Source: Patescibacteria group bacterium
Lineage (GTDB): Bacteria; Patescibacteriota; WWE3; JAMCXX01
DNA length: 64,000 bases
Reading direction: 5' to 3'
NCBI GenBank assembly: GCA_023474425.1
Contig: JAMCXX010000002.1
Coordinates: forward strand, 132,217-196,216
The notes under the pieces are model-generated. The model searched no databases and was not told the DNA's origin. It saw nothing but the letters and a program-made list of their open reading frames with translations. The position numbers and the translations under genes are program-made. Numbering within the stretch: position 1 is the first letter of the stretch; every line of letters begins with the position of its first letter. Shown piece after piece: positions 17,720 through 27,188 of this stretch.

Positions 17720-19525
17720 ATGGACGCGCTCTATGTGACCACGGCCGGGGACGAGTTTGGCAAGACCGCTCTCAAAGTTCTCAAAAATTTAGGCTGCCGA
17801 ACAAAAGTTTTAGGCAGGAAGGAGTCAGCACCGGAAGGTTCGGTAGCCGTTTTTACGGCCATCAGAAAACCGCACGAGAAGCGACCCCGCTACCTGCGCT
17901 GCTCTTCCGTCCGACTAAATGATCGGGTTCCGGAGTGGGCCAAAACAACACCACTTCAAGTCGGTGTTTTCACCACCACCGACAGAAAATCCCGAAGCGG
18001 AAAAGGCACTTTCGCCAGCGCCTTGGCAACGCTTGACCTTATGTATAAAACCTGGGATTGGACATCGGGTAACCCCATACCCTGGGCAGATGTAAACAGA
18101 GATAAAAACTTCAAGACGGGTTCTATACAACTGGAAAGAGACCTCTCCTGGAGGAACAGTCCAGCATCGGTAAATCTTATTCAACGCTCCAGGCAGGATT
18201 TTACTACCTGCCAAAGAGTTGAGGAGCAGCTGCGAAAAGAGGGAGGCTACTTTGTGGGCGACCCAACCCAAGCCCTGCAAATAAGCCCGGACTTTTTCCT
18301 CGTTTCGACAGCCGAACTGGAAACGGCTCAAAGGAACTTGGAATTAATTCCCGAGTTCTGGAAAGAGGCTTTACATCTATACTACGACGCCATCGCTAGC
18401 AAAGATCGCAACCTTGAATGGCTGGCAAAAAGCGTGGAAGGACCAATAAATGCGGAACAGTTAAAATGGCAACGACTCGTGGCCAGAGCCTTGCCCAAAA
18501 CCCTGCCGCTATTTGCCCGGGCCGATCTTTCCAGCCTCTATCACCTGGTGGAAATTCAGGAAAGAATCGGCGGGCTAGGCCTCGTGGAAAGCTGGCTTAT
18601 GGCCATTCGCCAGGTTGCCGGAACTAAAAACGTAATCGGCGATGCTCAGGGATTTGCTCCGTCTTTCGCTGAGAGCGTCAAAATGGCAGTCGGAAAAGAA
18701 AGTCCTGTCGTCGCTCTTATCTGCCCAGAGGGCTACCAGGAAGAGCAGGGATTCCTTGCGCAGAAGCTTCGAAGCGAAGGTCTTAGCGCTTCGGTTGTCA
18801 GTAAAGAGACCATGGAGCAGGAGCTAGAACGTCGAAAGGGTTTCCTTTACCTAAAACGGACCGGAGTCAGAATTGACTTTTTGTATCGGCGGGAAATTAA
18901 TGCCGCTTCCATGGCGCTGACAGAAATCGGGCGGGGAATTATGAAAGTGGTTCTGGACGGAAACATCACCGTCGAGCCTCCGCTCAATATGATCTTTGAT
19001 TGCAAAACGCCCATGGCCTGGGTCCATGACCACCGCCTTAAAAGCTACTTTTCCGAAAGCATCCGGGCGGCAATTACGCCAACGGCTCTGCTTCCGGAAG
19101 ATATCTTTACCGATTTCAACCTCGCCGGGCGAACCTTAACAGCTAATGACCTAACCGGACACCCGTACGTCGTCAAATACGGCGGCGAAAACATAAAGTA
19201 CGGATTTGGCGGACGAGCCGTTTACAACACTAAAGATAACGCCGACGGCGTTAACGAAGGGCTGGAGCAAGTACGGTTGGGCCACCCCTGGGTGATTCAG
19301 GCAATGGACGAAACGAACTACACTGTTCGCCAATGGGACCGGAATTCAGGCAAAATTGAGTTCAAACACGGCGCGGGAAGACTCATGTTTCACTTGGTAC
19401 TCGAACAGAGCGAAAAAGGAACCCGGATTGTCACAGCCTGCACCCAAATTCGACCCAACCACTGGAAAGCAATTGGTTGCGCCGAGGCGGTTTTTCAGGA
19501 TATGAGACTAAAGGAGAGAGGTTAA
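17720..19525 (+). CDS. 601-aa protein: ~190-aa unknown N-terminal region plus a candidate ATP-grasp amide ligase resembling eukaryotic-type glutathione synthetase (tentative)
   Basis: Strong SD. By-eye resemblance to the GSH_synth_ATP layout: LFARADL..LVEIQERIGGLG (compare RSDYM..VEINTISxSFGGL), RIDFLYRRE (compare VAVVYFRDGY), YVVKYGGENIKYGFGG (compare LKPQREGGGNN Gly-rich loop) and PWVIQAM (compare YILMERI). Confidence 0.4.
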   Translation: MDALYVTTAGDEFGKTALKVLKNLGCRTKVLGRKESAPEGSVAVFTAIRKPHEKRPRYLRCSSVRLNDRVPEWAKTTPLQVGVFTTTDRKSRSGKGTFASALATLDLMYKTWDWTSGNPIPWADVNRDKNFKTGSIQLERDLSWRNSPASVNLIQRSRQDFTTCQRVEEQLRKEGGYFVGDPTQALQISPDFFLVSTAELETAQRNLELIPEFWKEALHLYYDAIASKDRNLEWLAKSVEGPINAEQLKWQRLVARALPKTLPLFARADLSSLYHLVEIQERIGGLGLVESWLMAIRQVAGTKNVIGDAQGFAPSFAESVKMAVGKESPVVALICPEGYQEEQGFLAQKLRSEGLSASVVSKETMEQELERRKGFLYLKRTGVRIDFLYRREINAASMALTEIGRGIMKVVLDGNITVEPPLNMIFDCKTPMAWVHDHRLKSYFSESIRAAITPTALLPEDIFTDFNLAGRTLTANDLTGHPYVVKYGGENIKYGFGGRAVYNTKDNADGVNEGLEQVRLGHPWVIQAMDETNYTVRQWDRNSGKIEFKHGAGRLMFHLVLEQSEKGTRIVTACTQIRPNHWKAIGCAEAVFQDMRLKERG

Positions 19526-19534
19526 CAACACAGC

Positions 19535-19573
19535 GGGGTCTTGGCACCCATAGGCAACCAAGACCCCAATTTT
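19535..19573 (+). terminator. terminator-like or attenuator hairpin between the ligase-like and deacylase genes
   Basis: A perfect 10-bp stem pairs GGGGTCTTGG with CCAAGACCCC around a 13-nt loop, followed by AATTTT. The T-run is short. Confidence 0.4.
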
Positions 19574-19605
19574 CATCCAACCGACTAATAAGATATTGAA
19601 AACCT

Positions 19606-20532
19606 ATGACTAAAAGAATTCTTAGACAGAAAAACTTAACTATCGAAAATAACGGGCTGTCTAGTCTGTCTGTTAACGTATTCATCACTGGGCAAGGCTC
19701 ACCTAAGATTGCCGTTATCAACGGCCTCCACGGTCTGGAAAGAACCGGCGCCTATCTTATGCCAAAACTTCTCGGGGAACTAAAACTTAAAAGTGGCACG
19801 GTTGCTTTTATTCCATTTGCCAATCCAAGCTCAGCGGAAAGAAACACTAGATTGACACCGGAAGACAACCAGGACCTAAACCGTATCTTTCCCGGCAACA
19901 AAAACGGCACGTTGTCTTTTCGTCTGGCTGCGGCTCTTTTTGATTATCTAAAAGATTTCGACGTGGTGATCGACATACACACCTTTCCCAAAATGGATAT
20001 GCCAATTATTGGAGTTTTCTTTGCGAATATAGAAAACGGCTTAAGGCAAAAACTGCTATACGTCCTTAAAGCTTTTAACCCCGATTTTATCTGGAAGCTG
20101 GATATTGAAAAAGGAGAAACGGCCAAAGCCGGCAGCCTTATTGAGGCCCTCCTGAAAATCGGTGTTTTGGCTTTTTCGGTGGAAACACCGGATGTAGAAA
20201 TAATAAATGAAAACCAAGAAAGACGGTTCGTAAAAGGCGTGCAAAACCTGATAGAAGTTCTCTTAAAACCCGAATCTTTCAACACGCAGAGGAAAATTCT
20301 CATTATTGCACGGCAGCCCTCCCTCGCCACTTCAACCGGCTTCTTTGTTCCCAAAAAGACGATTTTTCAAAAAGTCAAAAAAGGAGAAGTGGTCGGAAAA
20401 ATAATTAATCTTAACGGATTCGAGACCGAAACCGTTAGAGCTACCGCTGCCGGGCCGATTGTTTTTATTCTTAAGAAAACCTTCGTCTTTACCGGAGAGC
20501 GCGTGGCCATTGTGGGCAATATTGTAGAATAG
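19606..20532 (+). CDS. succinylglutamate desuccinylase/aspartoacylase (AstE/AspA, M14-fold) family zinc deacylase
   Basis: GLHGLERTG (H..E zinc ligands), DLNRIFPG and VIDIHT motifs. The C-terminal beta-domain length fits the family. Confidence 0.72.
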   Translation: MTKRILRQKNLTIENNGLSSLSVNVFITGQGSPKIAVINGLHGLERTGAYLMPKLLGELKLKSGTVAFIPFANPSSAERNTRLTPEDNQDLNRIFPGNKNGTLSFRLAAALFDYLKDFDVVIDIHTFPKMDMPIIGVFFANIENGLRQKLLYVLKAFNPDFIWKLDIEKGETAKAGSLIEALLKIGVLAFSVETPDVEIINENQERRFVKGVQNLIEVLLKPESFNTQRKILIIARQPSLATSTGFFVPKKTIFQKVKKGEVVGKIINLNGFETETVRATAAGPIVFILKKTFVFTGERVAIVGNIVE

Positions 20533-20539
20533 CCTCACC

Positions 20540-20587
20540 ATGATTATCGACACCCACACTCACCTGGACATGAAGGAATTTGACTAG
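20540..20587 (+). pseudogene. duplicated 5' fragment of tatD (15 codons, then TAG)
   Basis: atgattatcgacacccacactcacctggacatgaaggaatttgac matches the real tatD start at 22478 (atggtcatcgacactcacactcacctggacatgaaggagtttgac) with 4 mismatches over 45 nt. Confidence 0.8.
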
Positions 20588-20594
20588 GACACGA

Positions 20595-21266
20595 TCAGAG
20601 ATAAACTTCCGGCATCTTTTCTTCGTATTCTTTTATCTTTTGGAACACTGACCCCGTAAATTTGTAAACCTCGACTCTTCTTCTTTTCTCGGGTGGAAAG
20701 AATCGGTAGTAAGCCAACATTTCTAATTTTCCATCATCGTCAATATCCTTAAATTCAGGTGACTCACGGCTTGAAATGCCATAAAAACCCCAAGTACCAG
20801 GCACCTCCGTAGAGACGGGGATCCTAGACAAAACACCGCCGACGAATTTATAAACAATCGTACCGACTGTTTTTCCGGTTATCACTTCCACCACCAATTC
20901 TTCCTGACCATCTTTTTCCAAATCAATGGAGTAAGCCGACGACAGCCAACCAGAGAAACTGAACCTTGAATAATTCCTGTCTGCAACTTCCATATCCGTC
21001 TTCCAATCAAGTACATCCAAATCACCCGGCCAAGCCGGGGCCTTATAAGACTGAAGGGTTGCCGCCCTTACTAACCCATGATCGTTCAAAAAGATCTTAA
21101 AGAGTTTTCTAAGATCGGGGCCGGCGATAGCTCCTTCACCAAGTACACGGGTATCAGAGACGCCAATCGCTTCCTTCCGTGTTACAAAATCTATACGTTC
21201 TGAAGCGTCATACGAAATAACGGAAAGAACAAACAGGCCGACGGATAAGAAAAATATTAGCCTCAC
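20595..21266 (-). CDS. secreted protein with FG-GAP/VCBS-like repeats
   Basis: Signal-like N-terminus. DLEKDGQEELVVE and DIDDDGKLEML calcium-binding-loop-like repeats. Confidence 0.45.
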   Translation of the reverse strand: MRLIFFLSVGLFVLSVISYDASERIDFVTRKEAIGVSDTRVLGEGAIAGPDLRKLFKIFLNDHGLVRAATLQSYKAPAWPGDLDVLDWKTDMEVADRNYSRFSFSGWLSSAYSIDLEKDGQEELVVEVITGKTVGTIVYKFVGGVLSRIPVSTEVPGTWGFYGISSRESPEFKDIDDDGKLEMLAYYRFFPPEKRRRVEVYKFTGSVFQKIKEYEEKMPEVYL

Positions 21267-22393
21267 AGCTTGAGTATGAAACGTATAAATACCTTTGTTT
21301 CATTAGGAAGCCCATTAAAGTCCAACGGCACATTTTTAGGTACGTTCCCCATACCGTAATTCCAGGCCGCCAACGTCTTCATTAGCTGCTCTTTGTCACT
21401 TTCATATAAACGATGAATCCGGCGAAAATACATGAATCCGGCAGTAATATTCTGGTCAACGTCAAAAATGTCGTTAACTACATAGCCCTCCTTACGAACA
21501 TTCTCGAGGGCCTCTGACCTCAGCTGGAAAAGTCCTCGAGCTTCCTTGCCCGAAACCGCTCCCGGATTAAACTGGGATTCTTTCTGCACAAGCCTCAACA
21601 TCATTTCCTCGTCAAAGCCGTACTCTCTGGCCTTGAATCTGATCTTATCTTTAATAATTTCAATTGGTTCCTTTGACGGAATGGGGTTTGAAGTTAAATC
21701 GAGGAAAATAATTTCCTCAAGAGTTGGCATTCGATCCGCCCAAAGTTCAACGTAGTGAAGACCGGAAGTAAAGTTCGTTTCAAATTGCCCCCTCTGCTCC
21801 TCCCCGAAAAATGAGGCAACGAAATACCAAAGCTTGTGTAGAATACTTCGGTAATTTTTTTGGACGGAGTTGTCAACTACTAACTTGACATCATCGCTGT
21901 CAAAAAACCTCCGTTTAAGATTTAAACTCAACGAAAACCCTTTTAGGAGAACCTCAAGGAAAACAAAAGTCAACCAGGGCCGGCGGTCTCCGTCCTCGGC
22001 AACCAGGTCAGAAAGGCTAATCTCCTCACCGGGCTCTATTTGCCAAACCTGAGTTTTCTCTAAAGTGGCGGAAATATCTGCCGTTAGGGCAACTCCATGA
22101 AGGCCGTTTTTTAAGGGGAGAAAGAAAAATACCGACTTGTTCAAACCGTGTAGTCTTCCACCGGAAAATCCGGCTGGACTGTCAAAGTATCGGGCCTGAC
22201 CGGAAAGAGATGGAAATTTTTGCTGGTCAATCTCCACCTTTAAATCTTCATCGTCGCTACCACCAATTTGCTTCTCACCTTTAACTCCGGCCCGGATCTC
22301 AATTAAGTAAAGAGAAGGAAAATCTGTATAAAAGCTCACCATTTCCAACCCTCTGATTTGCCTTTTGTTTAAATCTTCAAAAATCAATCTCAC
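21263..22393 (-). CDS. lytic transglycosylase (C-terminal SLT domain) with an unknown ~230-aa N-terminal domain
   Basis: SLT catalytic motif region LVQKESQFNPGAVSGKEARGLFQL .. AAWNYG. The N-terminal domain has a pseudogenised paralog at 1986..2616. Confidence 0.72.
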   Translation of the reverse strand: MRLIFEDLNKRQIRGLEMVSFYTDFPSLYLIEIRAGVKGEKQIGGSDDEDLKVEIDQQKFPSLSGQARYFDSPAGFSGGRLHGLNKSVFFFLPLKNGLHGVALTADISATLEKTQVWQIEPGEEISLSDLVAEDGDRRPWLTFVFLEVLLKGFSLSLNLKRRFFDSDDVKLVVDNSVQKNYRSILHKLWYFVASFFGEEQRGQFETNFTSGLHYVELWADRMPTLEEIIFLDLTSNPIPSKEPIEIIKDKIRFKAREYGFDEEMMLRLVQKESQFNPGAVSGKEARGLFQLRSEALENVRKEGYVVNDIFDVDQNITAGFMYFRRIHRLYESDKEQLMKTLAAWNYGMGNVPKNVPLDFNGLPNETKVFIRFILKL

Positions 22394-22477
22394 AAATCAA
22401 ATTTAACACGGCCGGTTTGCGCTCGCAAGAACATTTTTGGTTTATTTTCGTCTAGGCGCCCCTGCTATAATCAATAC

Positions 22478-23302
22478 ATGGTCATCGACACTCACACTCA
22501 CCTGGACATGAAGGAGTTTGACACAGACCAAGAGGCGGTTATAAAACGGGCCCTTGAAGCTGGGGTGGAAAAAATCATTACTGTGGGAGTAGACCTTGAA
22601 AGCAGCCGTGAAGCCCTTAATCTGGCGGCGGAACACTCTAACATCTACGCCGCCGTCGGCATTCAGCCGGAAGAGATCGACCAGTATTTCGACGGGAGCA
22701 AAATCAGCACGGATATTCGATCTGAATTAGAAAAATTGGTTAAAAATAAAAAGGTGGTCGCCATTGGCGAAATCGGGCTCGATTATAAGTACATAAGAGA
22801 GAAAGTAAAAAGTGATAAGGAAGAATTGATAAATCTGGAAAAAGAAAAACAAAAAGAGATTTTTAGAAGACAACTGGGTTTGGCGGTAACGCTCGCCCTC
22901 CCGGCTATTATTCACAGCCGCGATGCTGACGATGATACGTTGACGGAAATATTAAGATATAGAGAAACCAGAAGACTGCGTGGCGTCATTCACTGTTTTA
23001 CCGGTACTTACCCTTTCGCGCGAAAGGTTCTCGATGCCGGATTCTACGTTTCTCTTTCCGGGATCGTAACATTTCCGAATGCCAAAGAGCTTAGAGAAGT
23101 CGTTAAACAAATTCCGCTCGACAAAATTTTGGTTGAAACGGATTCGCCTCTTATTGCTCCGCGGTCTCACCGCGGAGCGCGCAACGAACCGTCCTTCGTG
23201 GTAGAGGTTATTAAAGAAATTTCGGAAATTAAAAACCTGACACCGGCCGAGGTGGAAACAGTTACGTCAAAGAACGCCGAAAAGTTATTCCGTTTGTGGT
23301 AA
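22478..23302 (+). CDS. tatD: TatD-family metal-dependent hydrolase/DNase
   Basis: IDTHTHLD N-terminal motif, GEIGLDY, HSRDA, HCFTG and ETDSP motifs. Confidence 0.9.
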   Translation: MVIDTHTHLDMKEFDTDQEAVIKRALEAGVEKIITVGVDLESSREALNLAAEHSNIYAAVGIQPEEIDQYFDGSKISTDIRSELEKLVKNKKVVAIGEIGLDYKYIREKVKSDKEELINLEKEKQKEIFRRQLGLAVTLALPAIIHSRDADDDTLTEILRYRETRRLRGVIHCFTGTYPFARKVLDAGFYVSLSGIVTFPNAKELREVVKQIPLDKILVETDSPLIAPRSHRGARNEPSFVVEVIKEISEIKNLTPAEVETVTSKNAEKLFRLW

Positions 23303-23316
23303 AATACGCCAGAGAT

Positions 23317-24807
23317 ATGGATAAAATCAGAACTTTCATTGAGCAGGATAATCGCTTCCACCGCGCTCTGGAACTCCTGCCGGGCCTGGTTTCCTGGAAC
23401 ATGATATTATTCCCCTTTTGGGGTTCCTTATTTTTTCCCCAAGCCGTCGCCTTTATAATTCTGGGCTTCGATATTGTCTGGTTCTACCGTTCGGCGGCCA
23501 TGGGAATTACCTCTGTCTCTTCCTACCTAAAAATTCAGGCGGCCAAGCAGTACGATTTCCTAAATGAGGCCAAAAAGCTGCCAAACTTCCAAAAAGTTTA
23601 CCACATTCACATGATTGTGAATGTTAACGAACCCCTGCACATTCTGGAGAGAAGTCTGGAAGCACTGGCTAAACAGGATTTTCCCCGTGAGAGAATCGTG
23701 GCCGTCCTAGCCATGGAAGAGCGGGAAAAAGACGCCCGGGTTAAGGCCGACTACCTTATTCAGAAATTCAAGGGGAGAATCGGACAAATTTACGCCACCT
23801 TTCATAAACTCACACCCGGGGAAGTCATTGGTAAATCCAGCAATGAATCCTACACCTCAAAATGGATTAAGAAAAAACTGGTTGATGGGCTTGGGCTTGA
23901 CATAAACTTTATAACTATTACCACTTCTGATGCCGACAGCGTTTTGCACCCCAAATACTTTTCCTATCTCACCTTTCTCTTTCTTAAAAGCACAAACCGC
24001 TACCGCCGTTTCTGGCAAGGCGCCGTGGTCTTCTACAATAACATTTGGCAAATTCCCTTAGCCTCAAGGGTCCTAAATTCAATTAACACCGTTTGGCAGA
24101 TGGCCCAGCTTTCCCGGCCAGACCGACTTATAAACTACTCCACCTACTCCTCGAGTCTTAAAATGGTTGATGAGGTTGGCTACTGGGACACCGACGTAAT
24201 TCCTGAAGACTACCGTATGTTCTTTAAATGCTTCTTTAAACTTCGTGGAGAGGTAGAAGTCGAACCAGTGTTTTTGCCCATTAGCGCCGACGCCGCTCAA
24301 TCCACCGATACCTGGAAGACCCTCAAAAACCAGTATCTGCAACAACAGCGCTGGGCCTGGGGAGCTTCGGATGACCCCAACTTCATTAAATGGTGGTTAA
24401 TCTCCCACCAGGTCCCGTTCTTCAAAAAAACACGACGGGTTTTTAAAGTTCTTTCCGACCATCTCTTCTGGCCGGTTAACTGGTTCATGGTCACCATAGG
24501 CGCCAACCTACCAATTATTCTTAATCCCAAATTTTCACAGACGGTTTTAGGTCAGAAGCTGCCGCAAATATCTTCCTCTATTCTGACTCTCTGTTTAATT
24601 TTCCTTCTGGTTACAATTTATATTGACCTTAAAAGCCGGCCGCCGCGACCGGTCAAGGTTTCTTTCTTCCGTCACCTCTATGAACACTTGGCCTGGCCTT
24701 TTTTGCCGATTTTTAGTTTCTTTTTGGGAGCCTTGCCTGGAATTGACGCCCACACCCGACTCTTTTTGGGCAAGTACCTAAGCTACCGCGTCACCGAAAA
24801 AGTCTAA
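23317..24807 (+). CDS. membrane-integrated family 2 glycosyltransferase (processive beta-glycan synthase-like)
   Basis: N- and C-terminal TM helices, a TSDADS (D,D) region and a QQQRWAWG (QxxRW) motif. Confidence 0.65.
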   Translation: MDKIRTFIEQDNRFHRALELLPGLVSWNMILFPFWGSLFFPQAVAFIILGFDIVWFYRSAAMGITSVSSYLKIQAAKQYDFLNEAKKLPNFQKVYHIHMIVNVNEPLHILERSLEALAKQDFPRERIVAVLAMEEREKDARVKADYLIQKFKGRIGQIYATFHKLTPGEVIGKSSNESYTSKWIKKKLVDGLGLDINFITITTSDADSVLHPKYFSYLTFLFLKSTNRYRRFWQGAVVFYNNIWQIPLASRVLNSINTVWQMAQLSRPDRLINYSTYSSSLKMVDEVGYWDTDVIPEDYRMFFKCFFKLRGEVEVEPVFLPISADAAQSTDTWKTLKNQYLQQQRWAWGASDDPNFIKWWLISHQVPFFKKTRRVFKVLSDHLFWPVNWFMVTIGANLPIILNPKFSQTVLGQKLPQISSSILTLCLIFLLVTIYIDLKSRPPRPVKVSFFRHLYEHLAWPFLPIFSFFLGALPGIDAHTRLFLGKYLSYRVTEKV

Positions 24808-24809
24808 AA

Positions 24810-26234
24810 ATGATAAAAGACAGGCTCGCCGCCTCGGCGCTACTTATTAACCTTTATCTGCTCTTTTTGCAAATTTCACTAATTATTTTTAAGTTTCCTT
24901 CTCTGCCAGCCGAAATACCCCTTTGGTACACCCGCCCCTGGGGTTCTCCCGAGCTAACCGTCAAAACCTTTATTTTATTGGTTCCCTTAATTTCTCTTCT
25001 AATTCTCTTAATCAACACAGCTTTAGCCTCTCGTCTTTCTCAAAAAAAGGAATCAATGACCTCATACAGCCTACACATTTTAACCATCTTCCTGATGTTG
25101 ACATCAACCGCCGCCGTTTATCGAATCATTATTCTAGAAAGTCTGCCCTCATTTCCCTGGTTTCTTAACCCCACCGTGGTAACGGCTATCGGCGCCGGTT
25201 TCCTAATCTCTCTGGGACTCACCTTTCCCACCCTAAAATTGGCCCAGAAATTTGGCTTTATGGATAATCCCAAAACACATAAGCATCCGGCGATGCTTCT
25301 CACCCGTTCCGTGGCCCGCGGCGGTGCCCTGCCGATTTTCGCGGCTCTGGCACTAGTCTCATATTTCTCCTTCCCTCTCGATCGGAGGATTGGAGCCATC
25401 TTTCTCGCTGGTTTTTTATCGATTCTCGTGGGACTCTTGGACGACAAATACGATCTTAATCCCTACCTGCGTTTCTCCGCCCAAATCGCGGCGACGTTGA
25501 TTGTAGTAGCCGGCGGGGTAAGAATCGACTACATTAACCACCCGCTGGGCAGCGGCGTTTTGCCACTCACCCGTTGGGTCGTTCCCTTAAGCGGTACTCT
25601 ATCCCTGCAGCCTCTGGCGTTCTTTTCGGCGGTTATATGGATTCTTTGGACGATGAACATGATCTCCTGGAGCAACGGCGTTGACGGACAGTTTCCTCTT
25701 ATTGTAAGTGTGGCCGCCGTGGTCATTGGCCTTTTAGGGCTAGGGGACATTAACCAATACCGGGCTTCCATTATGGCTTTCGCCCTGGCCGGCGCTACTT
25801 TGGGAACTCTGCCGTTTTCCTGGCACCCCTCAAAAATCCTTTATGGATTCGGTTCCACGGCCATTGGCCTTATTCTGGCCTCTATTTCTATCCTTAACGG
25901 CACCAAAGTGGCGACGGCTCTTTTGGTTCTTTTGGTCCCGTCTATTGACGCGGCCTTTGCCATCTTTCGAAGGATTAGAGCCGGTCATTCTCCTTTTTGG
26001 GGAGACCGCGCCCATTTTCACCACAAACTTCTGGACTTAGGTTTTAGTCAGCGTCAAATCTCCCTGCTTTACGCGGGTGCCGGAGCTATCCTGGGTCTCA
26101 TTTCCATTGTTTCTTCCGGGCGGGGCAAACTTTTGGCCATTATTACCGCTTCGGGCCTTTTTATTTTCGTGCTAACCTTAGTTAACTACCGCCAGAGTTC
26201 TGTGACCGGCGGGAAGTCAAACGACGATGTTTAA
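24810..26234 (+). CDS. MraY/WecA-family (GT4) polyprenyl-phosphate sugar-1-phosphate transferase with an extra N-terminal TM region
   Basis: FMDNP..HKHP motif, LLDDKYDL, NMISWSNGVDG and about 11 helices. Confidence 0.72.
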   Translation: MIKDRLAASALLINLYLLFLQISLIIFKFPSLPAEIPLWYTRPWGSPELTVKTFILLVPLISLLILLINTALASRLSQKKESMTSYSLHILTIFLMLTSTAAVYRIIILESLPSFPWFLNPTVVTAIGAGFLISLGLTFPTLKLAQKFGFMDNPKTHKHPAMLLTRSVARGGALPIFAALALVSYFSFPLDRRIGAIFLAGFLSILVGLLDDKYDLNPYLRFSAQIAATLIVVAGGVRIDYINHPLGSGVLPLTRWVVPLSGTLSLQPLAFFSAVIWILWTMNMISWSNGVDGQFPLIVSVAAVVIGLLGLGDINQYRASIMAFALAGATLGTLPFSWHPSKILYGFGSTAIGLILASISILNGTKVATALLVLLVPSIDAAFAIFRRIRAGHSPFWGDRAHFHHKLLDLGFSQRQISLLYAGAGAILGLISIVSSGRGKLLAIITASGLFIFVLTLVNYRQSSVTGGKSNDDV

Positions 26235-27186
26235 AAAAATAGGCCAAACAATCTGGCAGATTCTTAAATCGGCCCGACCCCGCCAGTGGCTCAAAAATCT
26301 GTCTTTATTTGCACCCATTATTTTTAGCGGCCAGTTTTTCGACAAAGGCCCGTTCACTTCGGTTTTCTTAGGCTTTGTTATTTTCTGCCTGGCTTCGTCG
26401 GCCGCTTACATGTTCAATGATTTGGTGGACTTACCCAAAGACCGCTCCCACCCCTTTAAAAGATTGCGGCCTCTGGCCTCGGGCAAACTCTCGCCGGCGG
26501 TTCTGGTTGTCGCGCTTTTAATCCTGACCGGACTCTCCGCCTCATTAGCCGTGGGGCTACTTAACCGGTTCTTCCTGGCCAATCTTTTGGCCTTTCTTCT
26601 TTTGCAGCTTGGCTACAGCTTATTTTTTAGAAGCATTATTATTGCCGATGCTCTGGCCGTAGCTCTGGCTTTTATCTTGCGGGTTTTTGCCGGCTCTTTC
26701 GCCAGCCAAACTTCTATTTCCTCATGGCTTATTCTGGCCACTATTGGCGTTTCCCTGCTTCTGGCTTTTGGCAAAAGGCGCAGCGAGAGAACCCTCATGG
26801 GCTTGCGCCAAACTCTCCTTAAAGATGTTTTTCAACCCACCCGAGCCACACTGCTTCACTACCCCGACGCGCTTCTGGACAGCATGATTTCCATGTCCGC
26901 TTCTTTTGCCATTATTTCCTACTCCCTTTTTTCTTTTCAAATTTCTCCGCGCGGGCCTTCCAAACTTTTAGCAAACCTTTTGCCGCCCACCCTGGCCGCG
27001 CCGAAATGGATGATGCTCACTATCCCTTTTGTTATCTATGGAGTAGCCCGCTATCTCTATGTCATCTATGAAAAAAAGGAAGGCGAGTCGCCCGAGCGGG
27101 TATTACTTTCCGACTTTCCCCTGCTCTCAACCGTCATCGGCTGGGTTGTGACCACCGTTTTAATTATTTACTTTTTGGGGACGTAA
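26227..27186 (+). CDS. UbiA-family prenyl/phosphoribosyl transferase (decaprenyl-phosphate phosphoribosyltransferase-like)
   Basis: RPRQWLKN N-terminus, NDLVDLPKDRSHPFKRLRPLASG motif and multiple TM helices. Confidence 0.72.
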   Translation: MFKKIGQTIWQILKSARPRQWLKNLSLFAPIIFSGQFFDKGPFTSVFLGFVIFCLASSAAYMFNDLVDLPKDRSHPFKRLRPLASGKLSPAVLVVALLILTGLSASLAVGLLNRFFLANLLAFLLLQLGYSLFFRSIIIADALAVALAFILRVFAGSFASQTSISSWLILATIGVSLLLAFGKRRSERTLMGLRQTLLKDVFQPTRATLLHYPDALLDSMISMSASFAIISYSLFSFQISPRGPSKLLANLLPPTLAAPKWMMLTIPFVIYGVARYLYVIYEKKEGESPERVLLSDFPLLSTVIGWVVTTVLIIYFLGT

Positions 27187-27188
27187 AC

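Noticed and set aside
19535-19573. The hairpins bracketing the ligase-like gene as integron attC sites
   Set aside because: No RYYYAAC/GTTRRRY core-site pair can be read at the hairpin bases, there is no intI nearby, and the stems are perfect rather than bulged like attC.
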